Positions 20,405 to 32,430 of a stretch of DNA of 64,000 nucleotides are shown piece after piece; within the stretch, counting starts at the first letter, position 1; each line of letters begins with the position of its first letter. The position numbers were made by a program, and so were the translations under genes. This DNA comes from Picochlorum sp. SENEW3 (lineage: Eukaryota). The stretch spans positions 744,001 to 808,000 of the forward strand of contig CP120454.1 in the NCBI GenBank assembly GCA_034226945.1, read 5' to 3'. The notes below the pieces were generated by a model. It ran no database searches and was not told the DNA's origin. It saw only the letters and a program-made list of their open reading frames with translations.

Positions 20405-22691
20405 TCATGTAGAAGTAGTTGTTCTCCTTGTAATAGTCAAAGTAGGTATCAATAGTACTGCCGAAGAGAAAGAGTATGGTTCCTGTGGCTTGGAAGAGGG
20501 TGCCTGAGTCCACGATGCTGTAAATTGAGATGCCAATGTTTTGACGGAGGCGGCGTCTCTTTTTGCGAGCCTGTGAAGCAAAGTTAAAGCTGTTGAATTT
20601 GCTGCTATTGTCCTGTGCACTGGTTCATAGATATCTTTTGGCATGAGTTCTTTGAAGCTGGAGAGAAATGATGAGCATGTGTTGATCTGTGTGAGGGCTT
20701 GCTGGAGCAGTGCTAATCCCATCTCAGGAAGGGGTACAGGCTCTTCTTCTACGTTCCCTGTGTCCATTGGTATTCCCAGTAGATTGTATTCATATTCTAC
20801 AAAGTGTTCGTATCGTAGATATTCTGGTATCACCAGGGTGCTCATTGACTCGAATCTCTGCACATACTGCTCTCCCCGTGTATTGAAAGGATGCTTCATC
20901 TCTGGGATGAGGCCACAGTGTTTCAGGGCGAGTGAGATTCTCGAAATGGAGCCAAACACCAGACCATAAAATGCGCAGAGACGTCTGCGCATCCAAGAAT
21001 CTCGAAGTGGGCCTTTTGGAGGCTCTGCTTGCAATTGAGCCAAATCTACTCCTTTGATATGTTTGTGCTGGGCTGGCAATCGTAGGCTCACCAACGCCAA
21101 TGCATCATATTCTCGTCCTAAATGATTCATATAATCGATCAAATATGATGCATACCAGTATATGGATGTCATTTCTTCTGATTGATACAGGTCTAGCGGT
21201 CCTCCCTTGAGTAGGTAATCGATGCATGTCCAACACGCTTCCTGAACAACCCAGCATGTCAGGGGTGCCACGCGTGCAGCATTCACCTCCATGCTGGGGT
21301 CATAATGTGTATCCCATCGAAAACCCTGGTCTTTGGTCCATTGTGCGCCATCTGTAGAGTTCTCTGCAGTATACGCGTGATCAATCATATTTTTCCAGTC
21401 CTGTATGTTGTGCTTCAACCTCCGACGCTGTCGACATTTGTTCAAACACTTTGTGTGACACCAGCCTCGAACAGCGATAACACATTGGTCGAAAAACATT
21501 TCAATCTCTCCCACAGATGAAATATTTTTGTAAAATGGTTCGTCAGGTACTCGGAGGCAGATATCCTCAATGAGCATGGCATGGTCTGGACGCCACGGTG
21601 CTCGTGCTTTTGGTACACTGGGAACCAAGACATTGTACGTCATCGAGCGTACAAAGGCCCCATTATCACAGCCTGCAAATGTATCTAGACAAGAACGAAG
21701 ATCTTTCCACGTCTGAACACCTGAAATCCAATGGCACGCCTTGCTGAGAGCCTCAAGGGCACTCATCCATTGTTCGGATGCTTCCCTCACTGATCGGAGC
21801 ACAAGCTTTCGCATTGGCGCCGGCCCTATGGCTGCAAAATGCAAGGTAGGAGCAAAACCTATTGATTTATTCGCTTCGTCATCACTGCAATACTTCTGTG
21901 TGGCGAGAATATCCTTTCCTCGATTGCATATTTCAATCACATCATGCAAAGCATCCACCGTCACAGCATCCTCCATGCCTGAGAGAATGTGCAGAAGACA
22001 TTTTCTAAACTCTAATCTCGATACAATTTCTCTCATTGAATCGTCTTTGTCCTCCTTATATTGATCAATCGCATCATCCAAATTCTTTATGACATCTCGC
22101 ATATCATCTACTGTCACCTTGTCCAAATGAATTCCAAATGTTACCACAGAGGCATCTTCATCATAACACACTTGAGCCCGATAAATCAATTCGTATAAAT
22201 AGGAGCATGTCACATGTACTGAACGGCAATATGCGTATAAAATTCGATGGCTCGAAATTCTGCATAGAAATGGACATGGTCAGATCGCAACGACACACCC
22301 AGGCCAACATGCAAACATCAACAACCCACCGTTCCATATCCATCATATACAAACACGTATACACGGTCTGTGATAGCATATAATGGTCATGCCATCCTAT
22401 CTCTAGCTGCAAGAGGCGATCCATGATCGCCAGCACGTCTACAGTGTTGTCAAAGTGTACTGGTGCCTCTCCACCTGCTATCCTTTCAGACAATGTCTTT
22501 TGATCATACCGATGCATTCCAGGGTCCATCTTCGGATCCCCAATTTCCATTGCTGTCATTGCATTGGTAAGGTCGAACGCAGGACTGGCGAAAAGCTCTC
22601 CAACATCGAGGTCAAGACGAATCCTTTCTAATACTGCCTCCACATCAAAGTGCACTACAGCACCCTTTTCAGGGTCTTGTTCCCTCTCCAT
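20405..22691 (-). CDS. NAA35: NatC auxiliary subunit NAA35/MAK10; intron 22260-22329
   Basis: FDLTNAMTAMEIGDPKMDPG, LSQTVYTCLY, NKCRQRRRL, and LDLYQSEE..IYWY. Confidence 0.9.
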
Positions 22692-22878
22692 CCTCACAAA
22701 ATGCGCTGTAAAGTTAGTTTTATACCGCCCAGGAGCGGTGATAGCGAGAGTATGTGCCTGATCTGCCCATGTGGACTTTCATCCTTCCCAATTAAGATAG
22801 ATTTTGTACACAGTGTAGCACTGAAACAGTCCTCAGCAATGATGAGAATGTACATGTAATTTATTTCTACTTGCAAGG

Positions 22879-24696
22879 ATGTTTGCCAAGCTTGTTGGAG
22901 AGGGCTTTGACAAGCCTGATGGTGAGCAGGAGTTGCCAATTGACATCAACTATGCAAAATTAGTAGAATGGGTGGTACGTTGCTAGAATTCCATTCTTAC
23001 GCCATATGACGGTTTGTTTTGGTGATTTTATGGTTATTGTTTTGGCATTCTGTAGGTGGATAGGAAAGTCGTTCCGCAGGATTGGAAATCAAAGCTAGAG
23101 ATAATTCAGAAGAAGGCAGAGGCAGAGGCAAAAGGTTTGCCTCCTGGATTCTTGGCTCAATTCACTGGTATGTGTTGATACAATTGGTTTTTTGGGTCTA
23201 TAGGTATAGATATGTCATGCGATGTATACCAATGGTTGTGATTCAGGTGCTCAAGAAGGGTCTATGAATTATTTTCGCTGTGCTGAGATTTTGAACAAGA
23301 TGAAGGAGACTGCTGAACGTGGTATGCTGGGATCGCTGAAAGGGGATGCAGGGAAATGGGAGAAGATTGTTAAAGCATACGAGTCTAATAGTACGTTGAT
23401 ACTACAGATGTCTTGAGTTTGTCTTGCATCAACTGTGACCATTTCTGCATTGCAGTGATTCATGTTGCGGAGGGGGGCTTGATCATGGCACGGAATGTTG
23501 ATTATGAAATTCCGTACTTGAGGAAGCAGACTGCTAGAAATCAGCAGCAGATAGAGGACTTGGAGAGGAAATCGTCAGAGTTGGTGACGAGTGCTGCCGT
23601 AAGTAAAGAGCAGTTTGCACAGGAATGCGAGCGGATTGGTATTCCAACACTGGCTGTGCTGCATGCAGACGCCTTGGATGCGCAGCTATTGCTTTCCGCG
23701 GAAGGACTACCTCGTAATGTGTATGAAGCGTGTGATTTCATCAAGTCAAATGAAATCAAGGCAATAATCGAATATTACCAGAGGTTTGTTGCGCAACAGA
23801 CCAGTTCTGAACCTGTTTTGTTGACTGTCCTTGGGGATGTTGTGAACGGGTGCACAGACAGTGTTACTGATGCAATGGTGCAGGAATGGGCGGATATTCC
23901 TAAAACACAAGATCACGAAGCGATTGTGTTTGATACTAATGATGTAGAAGAGAATTCCGGCAATGCTATAGAAGTGTCCTGGGATGGACTTGATATGGAT
24001 TTGCCAGAAGCAGATGCTGAGCCATCATCAGAACAGCCCTTGGATATATCATGGGACATTGATGTCAGTGGTGTCGGTGAAGCATGTGAATCAACAAAAG
24101 ACCATGGTGATCATGCCGGGGCCGACAGCCAATCTAATGCATACGCCACGAGAGATTCTGCTGTGTCAAACCTTATTGCCTCATTGGAAGCTTGTGATAC
24201 AACCACCAAGAGGCTCACCGTTGACACTGCGTACCGAAACCAACTGTTAGACGATCTTTTAGAACTGAAAGCATTCATTTCGCAGCGTTATAGGGAGAGT
24301 AAGAATCAAAGCGCTTCTATGACGGGCCTTGATGTATCTGTTGATGCCCCAACCCTGGAGAAGATGCTCCAAGATTTGGACAAGGCCATCAATCTCCTGA
24401 CCGCAGAGGACTTGGCACATCATGTTTCCATAGTAACAAACGCTCTATATCGTGAGAGACTGGCGAAGAATTTGGTCAAGTTGTCTCAAAAAGAGGCCAA
24501 ACAGATGGCTGCCTCCAAAGAAGCAGACGTGAAAAAGGAGGATGTGCGCACCCAGCTCATGTCAGATTCTGCCAAAATATCTGCGCTCGTGCGAGACACG
24601 AAGCAAATAAAAGAGGCTGTAGAAATATCATTGGGAAATAAATTAAAACGAAGAATCAACATTCAGGGTGCCATTCATAATGTCTTGAAACAATAG
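22879..24696 (+). CDS. CDK5RAP3: CDK5RAP3/C53 (UFMylation/ER-phagy adaptor); 3 short introns
   Basis: Exon 1 LPIDINYAKLVEW, RNVDYEIPYLRKQ, RNQLLDDLLEL, RRINIQG. Shuffled-AIM-like VSWD and ISWD. Confidence 0.92.
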
Positions 24697-24699
24697 ATT

Positions 24700-25844
24700 T
24701 CATTTGGAACAATATTCGAATTCACCAGACTGCTCATGTTTGAGCATATCGAGAGCAACAATGCAGCTATCAGCAACAATAGAATCCTCATCTTTTGAAT
24801 ACTGCGTCAAACAACAATACAGTAAACAACAATGTTGGCTCTAGTACAATACAATGCACGGCATCAGATACACATCTTTCAGCTCAGCGGCCCCTTTTGT
24901 AGGCCATCGGCGTTGGATTGTAAATAGTTCATCGTATGCCATCGTATCTATAATGTACAAACACATACCTGTTCCAACAAGGCCAAACTCTCTGGAGAAG
25001 CAATAGACCCCAGGGCCTCAGCAGCCTCATGCCTGACCATTGGGTTTTCTGTTTTATTCTCGAGTACCATTTTCAATTTCTCTGTTGCATGAGAATCTTG
25101 CATCTGTCCCAGAACATACGCAACTTCATGCTTCAATAAAGCGCTCGAGGACGTTTCAAAAGACTCTGTCAAGGCAGCCACAGCATCTGCCCCCCCTCTG
25201 TTGCGCAGGGCAAACATGGCTCTGTATCGATCGAAAATCTTTTCGTTCTCATCCAACAAACACTCTCGAAGCCGTTCAATAGAAATCGACTGATCCGCCG
25301 GGGGAGTTGGGTCGACTGACCTGTATGGAGATGCATCCACCAGTCGCTGCCCCTCCTCTGACTCGAAAAACTCAATTCGCTGAAGAGCCAGCTGACACGT
25401 CTGTGCTACTTCCAAGCACGAATCAGTCTGATGATCTTTAAGGGGCCTTAAACAGTCCTCCTCGCCGATAGCCCCCAATGCCTCTCCAGCCTCGTGCCGA
25501 ACCATTGGGTGCTCCTTCTGGTCATACAAAATTTCCGTCAAGGCCTTGATTGCGGCAGGATCTTGCCTCTGACCCAAACAATATGCAACCTCATGTCTAT
25601 ACAAATCTGAAGAGTCTTTCAGACCTACATGTGGCAACTCCTACGTGTGAAAGACTGTTTGACAACGGAAACATGATGCATGCCTGACCACACCTTTCAA
25701 CATGGCCTTATGAGCTTCATGTCCAGATATATTTCTCAAAGAAAATAAAATGCGATATTTATCAGACAATGGCGTCGATTGCTGAACCAGAGCCTGTTCC
25801 AACTTTTCAACCACAGATGGGTCTACAGTCTGCAAAGACACCAT
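24700..25844 (-). CDS. DOHH: Deoxyhypusine hydroxylase; 2 introns, the last at 24802-24968
   Basis: Four HE motifs (RHEVAY, RHEAGEA, KHEVAY, RHEAAEA). Last exon YSKDEDSIVADSCIVALDM..EFEY. Confidence 0.95.
24858..24942 (-). ncRNA. Intronic box C/D snoRNA predicted to guide 2'-O-methylation near the LSU rRNA A-loop
   Basis: Terminal stem ATGGCA/TGCCGT, C box ACGATGA (24935-24929), guide ACAATCCAACG plus D' CCGA, D box CTGA (24867-24864). The guide is complementary to conserved LSU CGTTGGATTGT. Confidence 0.8.
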
Positions 25845-26055
25845 ACTTCCACAAGAACCCACGATGTCAAAAATACAGAGAAATTCGTATGTAGATGTGA
25901 CTTAATGGCATCACAAACATGTCCCAAGGCATACGGGGCCATCTTGATCAGATCTCTAGTAGATGGTCAGATCTGACCATGTTTCCTTGGCAGATTTGTG
26001 CTGGGTCTAGTCGAAAATAAACCAAATTTCATTAGATGAATCAAAAAATTCAATT

Positions 26056-27636
26056 ATGATTGTTGGTGGCTCGATCCATGCGTCAAAGCAGTTTTTGACG
26101 CCACGAACTTTTTCAGTGGTAGTAGGAAGAAAGTCGAATAAACCATTCTCACGTCTTCATTTTACTGTAACATCGGCATCGGCAGATGACATTATGGAGA
26201 CTTTGAAGAGTTTCCTTGCTCCAAGGGAGACGAAGAAGGATTCGAGGACCAGAGCAGTGTCAGTGGAAGATACAGAGGCTTTTCTGCAGATTGACAATGC
26301 ACCAACATGGGATGCATTGTCCAGTATTGCAGCAGAGCAAGCCAAAGAGAATGGGTTCACGTTGCCTCAGGAGGAGGATTATGAAAATGGGCCTCCTAAT
26401 CCAGTGGCATTGAGACGCACGTTTGGAAAGCCTGATCAGGAGCCACAGATCAAGCTCTACCGCGATCACGCAGCGTGGTGTCCCTATTGCCACAAGGTCG
26501 TCTTGCAGCTTGAAGAGAAAAAGATTCCATATGTTATAGAGAAGATAAATATGCGGTGTTATGGTGATAAACCTAGAGGGTTTTTGGAAAAGGTTCCATC
26601 TGGTTTGTTGCCAGTCTTGGAGGTGAAGGGGCAGGTTATCACTGAATCAGCTGTGATTCAACAGCTTTTAGAAGAATGGTTTCCTCACCCTGCCTTGCTC
26701 CCTCCTGAAGGAACGAGCGAAAAGGCGAGAGCGCTAGAATTGATGCGTTTGGAGAGACAGCTATTTGGTGACTGGCTGCAGTATTTGTGTAATGGATGGG
26801 GTGGTGATGCGAACAGACAGCGTTTTGAAAAGACAATGGATGAGGTAGAAAAGGCACTTGGAGTTGAAGAAGGACCATACTTTCTCTCATCCTTCTCTCT
26901 GGTGGACATCATTTTTGCCCCATTTTTAGAAAGGATTGTTGCAAGCATACCATACTATAAAGGTGTGGTTGTGAGGGGATCAGGGAGATGGCAAAACTTG
27001 GAGAGATGGTTTGATGCAATGGAAACTCGACCAGCATACATGGCTTTTAAGAGCGATTTCTTCACGCATTGCCATGACTTGCCACCGCAGCTTGGCGGAT
27101 GTGCGTCTACACCAGAAGCAAAAGAATTCCAGGAGAAGATTGATGGTCTGGATGGAAAGAGCTGGTCACTTCCTGTTGAACCAATCACGAATTCTTCGCT
27201 GGAGCCTTTGTCTACAGGGGATGATTCAATGCATGCACGGTTTGTAGCCGCATCCAAACTGATCCACAATCATAGCGCCATTGTACGTTTTGCTCTGCGA
27301 GGTGTCGGGTCACCTGGTCCGAGACCTGTGACTGCCCCTCTTGCTGACCCAACTGCTATTCCCAACATGGAATATGAGGAGCAAGTGGACGCAGCGCTGC
27401 GTCACGTGGCGCACGTCATGTTGACAGGTATGGTAGAACGGGGACAGCATGATGGGACAGGAATTTCGACAATGCCCTCTGGCAAAGGCGTTGTAGACGC
27501 TCGGGGTGTTCCACCTAGCTTGGCGTACCTGAGAGATCGTGTTGGGGTGCCGAGAGATATGCCATTGCCAGCTGCTAGGCAGTTGAGGGCACACCTGAAC
27601 TGGATGATTGACCACGTTCAAGCTACATCTACATGA
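26056..27636 (+). CDS. Plastid Cys-type glutathione S-transferase (lambda/DHAR/omega-like)
   Basis: Transit peptide, RDHAAWCPYCHKV, GLLPVL, TES, and FSLVDIIFAPFLER. Confidence 0.9.
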   Translation: MIVGGSIHASKQFLTPRTFSVVVGRKSNKPFSRLHFTVTSASADDIMETLKSFLAPRETKKDSRTRAVSVEDTEAFLQIDNAPTWDALSSIAAEQAKENGFTLPQEEDYENGPPNPVALRRTFGKPDQEPQIKLYRDHAAWCPYCHKVVLQLEEKKIPYVIEKINMRCYGDKPRGFLEKVPSGLLPVLEVKGQVITESAVIQQLLEEWFPHPALLPPEGTSEKARALELMRLERQLFGDWLQYLCNGWGGDANRQRFEKTMDEVEKALGVEEGPYFLSSFSLVDIIFAPFLERIVASIPYYKGVVVRGSGRWQNLERWFDAMETRPAYMAFKSDFFTHCHDLPPQLGGCASTPEAKEFQEKIDGLDGKSWSLPVEPITNSSLEPLSTGDDSMHARFVAASKLIHNHSAIVRFALRGVGSPGPRPVTAPLADPTAIPNMEYEEQVDAALRHVAHVMLTGMVERGQHDGTGISTMPSGKGVVDARGVPPSLAYLRDRVGVPRDMPLPAARQLRAHLNWMIDHVQATST

Positions 27637-27750
27637 CCTTGAGTGATATGAAACGTACACAATTCCATTCTACTTGTGATTTCTTGCTGTGTAAGCATGA
27701 TGAGAATCGCCATACCAAGAATATTCCAGGAAAGAAGGTTGAAGGACAAC

Positions 27751-27853
27751 TACCCCCGGCCCCGGGGCTGACGGGGGCCGCGGTGGTCCACGACCGGCCG
27801 GTCCACGACCGCGGTCGGAGGCGTCCTGTCCTAGGACCCCGTAGCCGTGCACG
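27751..27853. repeat. GC-rich palindrome and direct-repeat island
   Basis: 78 G+C in 27751-27850, five perfect palindromes, and GGTCCACGACCG twice. Confidence 0.75.
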
Positions 27854-28264
27854 AATCTTGCGAGCAAACCCATCCTCCTCCCAAGGGGTTCTACTCATGT
27901 GGGCAAACAACAACAACAACCCATTTGAAGGTACTCTTTTCCAAGATTGATACTTTACTATTTATTTGGATCATACTAGCACAGTAGAACTCTCAGTTGT
28001 GCAAAAGAGAGTCAGATACTATACAAGCTCTTGGAATCAGACGTGTCTTTTCCACCATCTATCGAACTGCTTGAGCGTATATACTATAACAAGGCCGAAT
28101 TATAGCCATATAAGAACTAAGTAATATACTAAACAGCATTTAGGGGACTGTATACTATGGCAGCTGACGGCAGATAGTTGCTGGCGTGAAGAGGCCCGCA
28201 CGAGTTGTTTTGAAGTTCAGCACAGATTGTTTGAGCGTGTACGGTAGAGGGAGATTTCTGATGA

Positions 28265-29254
28265 GTGATACTGTTTCATTCTGGATACTATCCAGCGATG
28301 AGGTACGTGATACGACGCGCATCGATACCAATGCCCCACTGGGGCATATATCCAGAATCTTGTGCAGACAAATCTCCAAAGATACAGATTGATTCGATGC
28401 AATTCCACGTGCAGATTCCTGGCAGGTTTGAGGTCCCTGTTCAGATGGACAGTGATATCGTGATGCCATGCGACTCCTCGCAGCGCTGGAATTGGGACAG
28501 TGTGCAGGACAAGAAGCAACCCAATGCATCGGAGCAGAACGCCGGTACATCCAAAGAATATCAGGCAAACAGCCCAGTCAATACCCTTGATGAGCTCTCA
28601 TTTCGGACATTGAGCACCTCCACAGCACCAGAGTCGTTATCTGCAAGAAGCATGGAATCCGACAGCATGAAGATTGCTAGTCGACAGTCCAGTGCAACGG
28701 ATTTAGGGCAAAAGTTACATTTGCGTCTCAAATCCTGTGACGCTGTCCCTGAGAATCTAGAGTGTGTTTCTGATAGATCATATGAATCTGACATATCGAC
28801 AGTGCTGGAGGAATGCTTCACAGATATCCGAGATTTCGACACTGCAATCTGCAGCAAGCTTTCTGGGATACTGCTGCAAAAGCGTACACTGATGAGAGCA
28901 GAAAGTTTTGATTGGCCTACTGCCCCGCATAAAGAAGATCATAATACAAACGGTTTTTTCCAACAGTACATGGGCAATGCTTCAGAGGATACAGGGACCA
29001 GACCTTTGCGAAAAGCAAAATCACTGGATAAGCCCCCTCTGGACCTCGGCAACATGATTGCCCACTTCAAGATGAGCTCCTCCAAAACGCATACGTGCGT
29101 ATCTGATGATCATCATCATAATAAAAAGAATCACGGAAATACTACGCTCAAGACATCCGGTGCTCAAGGAGATGCGTGCTCTGATGTGGTCCCAGCAAGA
29201 AGAAACCAGAACAACAGGGAACTAGTGGACTCTGTTGTCATGATTCCTCGATGA
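28265..29254 (+). CDS. Hypothetical Ser-rich protein; 5' exon structure unresolved
   Basis: 329-codon ORF with no motif recognised. Possible upstream exon spliced via 28303-28387. Confidence 0.5.
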   Translation: MILFHSGYYPAMRYVIRRASIPMPHWGIYPESCADKSPKIQIDSMQFHVQIPGRFEVPVQMDSDIVMPCDSSQRWNWDSVQDKKQPNASEQNAGTSKEYQANSPVNTLDELSFRTLSTSTAPESLSARSMESDSMKIASRQSSATDLGQKLHLRLKSCDAVPENLECVSDRSYESDISTVLEECFTDIRDFDTAICSKLSGILLQKRTLMRAESFDWPTAPHKEDHNTNGFFQQYMGNASEDTGTRPLRKAKSLDKPPLDLGNMIAHFKMSSSKTHTCVSDDHHHNKKNHGNTTLKTSGAQGDACSDVVPARRNQNNRELVDSVVMIPR

Positions 29255-29777
29255 TACCGCAAAAGCGCGTTTCAGATCGTATTCGATGAACTGAACTTTC
29301 ACATAGGAAAAAGTCTGATCTATATACTACTATACACGAAGAAAGATGATCACTGCACTGCATATTTACAGCATTGAAGAAGAAAAAAAAAAGACTCCTC
29401 TAGGGCATGAATGCTGGCACATTATAGGGGAGGAGAAGGGTGAATCACCTAGTTTACACATATCAATACGTTCGAAGAAACCCATGGATGTAACCATCAA
29501 GCATCTGAAAGGCACATATCTCTATTGGTTGATGCAGCAAATAGTTAAAAAGACTTGAAAAAAATGCAGCAAGTCGATTGATCCAGATGCCCATCATATC
29601 CATCGCCTCCAATTTTTTTTTCTGCACTCGATCAATTCATAGTTTAAACAATATTGTTAAAATACTCAACTTTTAGAGCTGCATCGATCAATCAATTCAT
29701 GGTGTAGATAGAAACCCAAGCAGTTGGTGGTGTCGATAATTTTGCAAATTCCTTTGAAACACCAATTCCATACAATC

Positions 29778-30917
29778 ATGGGTCAAGGGTTTTCAAAGGG
29801 AAATAATGTCATAATACGCACCGAAAAACAACACTATGCGACAGGAGATGTCTTACAGGGTGCTGTTGCGTTGAATGTGATTGAACCCATGGATGTGGAC
29901 CAAATTGGAGTCACATTCAAAGGCAAAGAATTAGCTTGGGTTCAAAGGACGCAGAGCAATGGAACAACAACAACCACCTATACAGAGAGAAAGCGATATA
30001 CATTCTATACTGTCGACATACCTCTCGTATCTGACACAAGGACTCTGGAGCCAGGCCAGCATCAGTTCAATTTCTCAGTACAGATACCAGACTCTGTGCC
30101 TCCGACATTTCGGGAAGGTGGATCATCAGGTGGCGCGGTGTATTATACGCTCAAGGCAACGGTCAAACGAAGAGGAAGGTTTGCGAGCAATATGACCTCC
30201 AAGGCACCTGTGCTTGTCTACGATGGAGGGAGGTTGCTCAATCCTCAACCAGAGGAGGACGAAGTGCACCAAGAAATCATGAACTGCTGCTTTTTTAAAT
30301 CTGGTGACGCGGTATTAAAGGTTGGAGTGGATTCGAATACCATTCAAGGGGGCGATTGTTTAGATATACGCCTCAAAAGCTCCAGCAACAGCACAGCATC
30401 CTTCAAACGGATGAAAATACGCCTGAGAGGAATCCTTGCCATATCCACTCGTGGAGATCCAGTGAAGAAATCTGCAAGGACCAGAAAATGGACTGTTGCC
30501 AAAGAAGAGAAGGACTTTCAGCTGGACATGGGACAGGCCAAAGAACGCACTGTGCAGCTGCCAATACCAGCAGCACCAGCAGTGAATCTGGTACCGACAT
30601 ATAGGGGGCACCTGCTGAATGCGTATTACCTGCTCGAGGTCGAGGTATTGACGGCTCGATGTATTAAGAACATCAAAGTCATCCTTCCCATCGTATGCGT
30701 ACCAGCACCCATTCAAGCTGGAACACCAACACCACCTCCCATCCAGGTTGAGCCAGTGCCCTCTGTAGAACCAGTTTCCCCGGAAGAACCAGTCGTCCTG
30801 CCACCTGATGATGCACCTATTGCGGAGGAATGGAAACCGACCCACGTATATACACCAAAAGAAGTTGCCGCTATGAACAATGCCAACACATCTGGTCCGG
30901 TCTGGAGAAGGCGATGA
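29778..30917 (+). CDS. Arrestin-domain (alpha-arrestin-like) protein
   Basis: YATGDVLQGAVAL, LEPGQHQFNFSVQIPDSVPPTF, VYYTLKA, and PTYRGHLLNAYYLLEV. Confidence 0.88.
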   Translation: MGQGFSKGNNVIIRTEKQHYATGDVLQGAVALNVIEPMDVDQIGVTFKGKELAWVQRTQSNGTTTTTYTERKRYTFYTVDIPLVSDTRTLEPGQHQFNFSVQIPDSVPPTFREGGSSGGAVYYTLKATVKRRGRFASNMTSKAPVLVYDGGRLLNPQPEEDEVHQEIMNCCFFKSGDAVLKVGVDSNTIQGGDCLDIRLKSSSNSTASFKRMKIRLRGILAISTRGDPVKKSARTRKWTVAKEEKDFQLDMGQAKERTVQLPIPAAPAVNLVPTYRGHLLNAYYLLEVEVLTARCIKNIKVILPIVCVPAPIQAGTPTPPPIQVEPVPSVEPVSPEEPVVLPPDDAPIAEEWKPTHVYTPKEVAAMNNANTSGPVWRRR

Positions 30918-31096
30918 TGATTCTAATGCCAACAGCAAGAGTATTTGGGTGGGAGACAACTCTCCCAAATATGGGACTCCCATCTCCGGGAGACTGTCCA
31001 CTGGTCAGTCAAATGGCATGGCTTGTTACCGAATAGATTCACCTGCTGCTGTATTATGTACCAAATAATAAATATTTTAAATGTTGTCTTTATAGA

Positions 31097-31503
31097 ATGG
31101 AGGAGAAATCAGAGCCAACAACGGTGGTACCTCCGGGGAAAGTGAAACTCATTAGTGGGGACGATTTTGTTTTTATAGTCGACGAGGATGCTGCTCGCGT
31201 TAGTACAACAATTCGAGGAATGTTGGATTCAGAAGGTATGTATGTACCGAGGGGAATAGAGTACCATGAAGGGGTCCTCATACGCACACGAGTTTGGTGG
31301 TGAGTGCAGGTGATTTTCAGGAAACCAAATCTAGAGTGGTCCATCTCAGGGATATTTCAGCACGAGCCTTGGAAAAGTGCTGCGACTACTTTTACTACAA
31401 GTTGAGGTATTCGAATGTACCATCGAAAAGTATTCCACAGTTCGAGGTGCCTCCAGAGCTGGCATTGGAATTACTCATGGCATCCAACTATCTGGATATG
31501 TGA
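31097..31503 (+). CDS. ELOC: Elongin C; intron 31236-31309
   Basis: VKLISGDDFVFIV..VSTTIRGML, LEKCCDYFYYK, and LALELLMASNYLD. Confidence 0.95.
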
Positions 31504-31566
31504 GTAGCATCTCGTCTTCTTTTCTTCTGGAATCCATGCACGGATTGTGTTTCTTCCTTTTTTATG

Positions 31567-32383
31567 TTACTTGTCGGGTATTTTCTTCGTAATACATAGT
31601 AAAACAGGGTACTCTATGATGACTTTTCCCTTCAAAAATGCACCCAGCGTGGATGACATGTCAACAGGAAGGAGTGCTGCCTCATTCGCTGGCAACCCCT
31701 CCTGACGCATGTAGACCTCACATCGAGGCGTTTCTCCTTGAAAAAGATGTTGTAGATGTTCATCGAGGATTGTTTGAAGGATGTTCTGTTCATGCACACG
31801 GCTATTATGCCTCACGATGGTGTCCCCTTGCTGTTGTTGGGGTGAGACATCTGTTTGAAATCTCCACTCAATTCTCCAACTCAGCGTTTGAGATCGACCA
31901 TCGTACCGTGTCGTATTATACTTCCTCTTCTTCATACCTGGCGCGACAAGTCGCAGATCTACTCCCCGGCACGTGGCTTGGTAGACGAGGGATTTCAAAT
32001 ATGCTGGCAACTGTCTCCTTGGTACAGGTGGCTGAGACCTCTTGGCAACATCGTCAATGCGCTCCACCTCTTCCAGCAATTTATAATCAGATATCAAAGT
32101 CTTGTGCGAGAGATCCTCTCGCTTGACAAACGAGGTCCTGTCCCTCTTCCCTGTACATGAATACTGCTTCTTGTGCTCTGCAATAGATGCCATCATCTTC
32201 CTGAGTCAACATGACATCATCTCGCATAACTCTAGATAAAAGGACACACATACCTTGTACACATTCAAGGCTACACGTTTTCCTCTCACACCCTGGGCAC
32301 GTGTATTTTGGCACCTTTTCCTTACACACCTGACAGAGAGCACCAGTCCCGCTGGCAGTCTCCTTTTCAGCATGTTCTTTCAT
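31567..32383 (-). CDS. BCD1: Box C/D snoRNA protein 1 (zf-HIT, BCD1/ZNHIT6); intron 32178-32253
   Basis: CQVC..KYTCPGC..TCSLECVQ|EHKKQYSCTGKRDRT, SDYKLLEE, WRIEW, and IIEYPVL. Confidence 0.88.
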
Positions 32384-32430
32384 GGGAAACCAAACATGGG
32401 ACCTGGTACCTTGAAGAGAAAGAATAGGCA

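Noticed and set aside
27751..27910. GC island as telomerase RNA, SRP RNA or TPP riboswitch
   Set aside because: No telomeric template, SRP helix-8 motif or TPP consensus found
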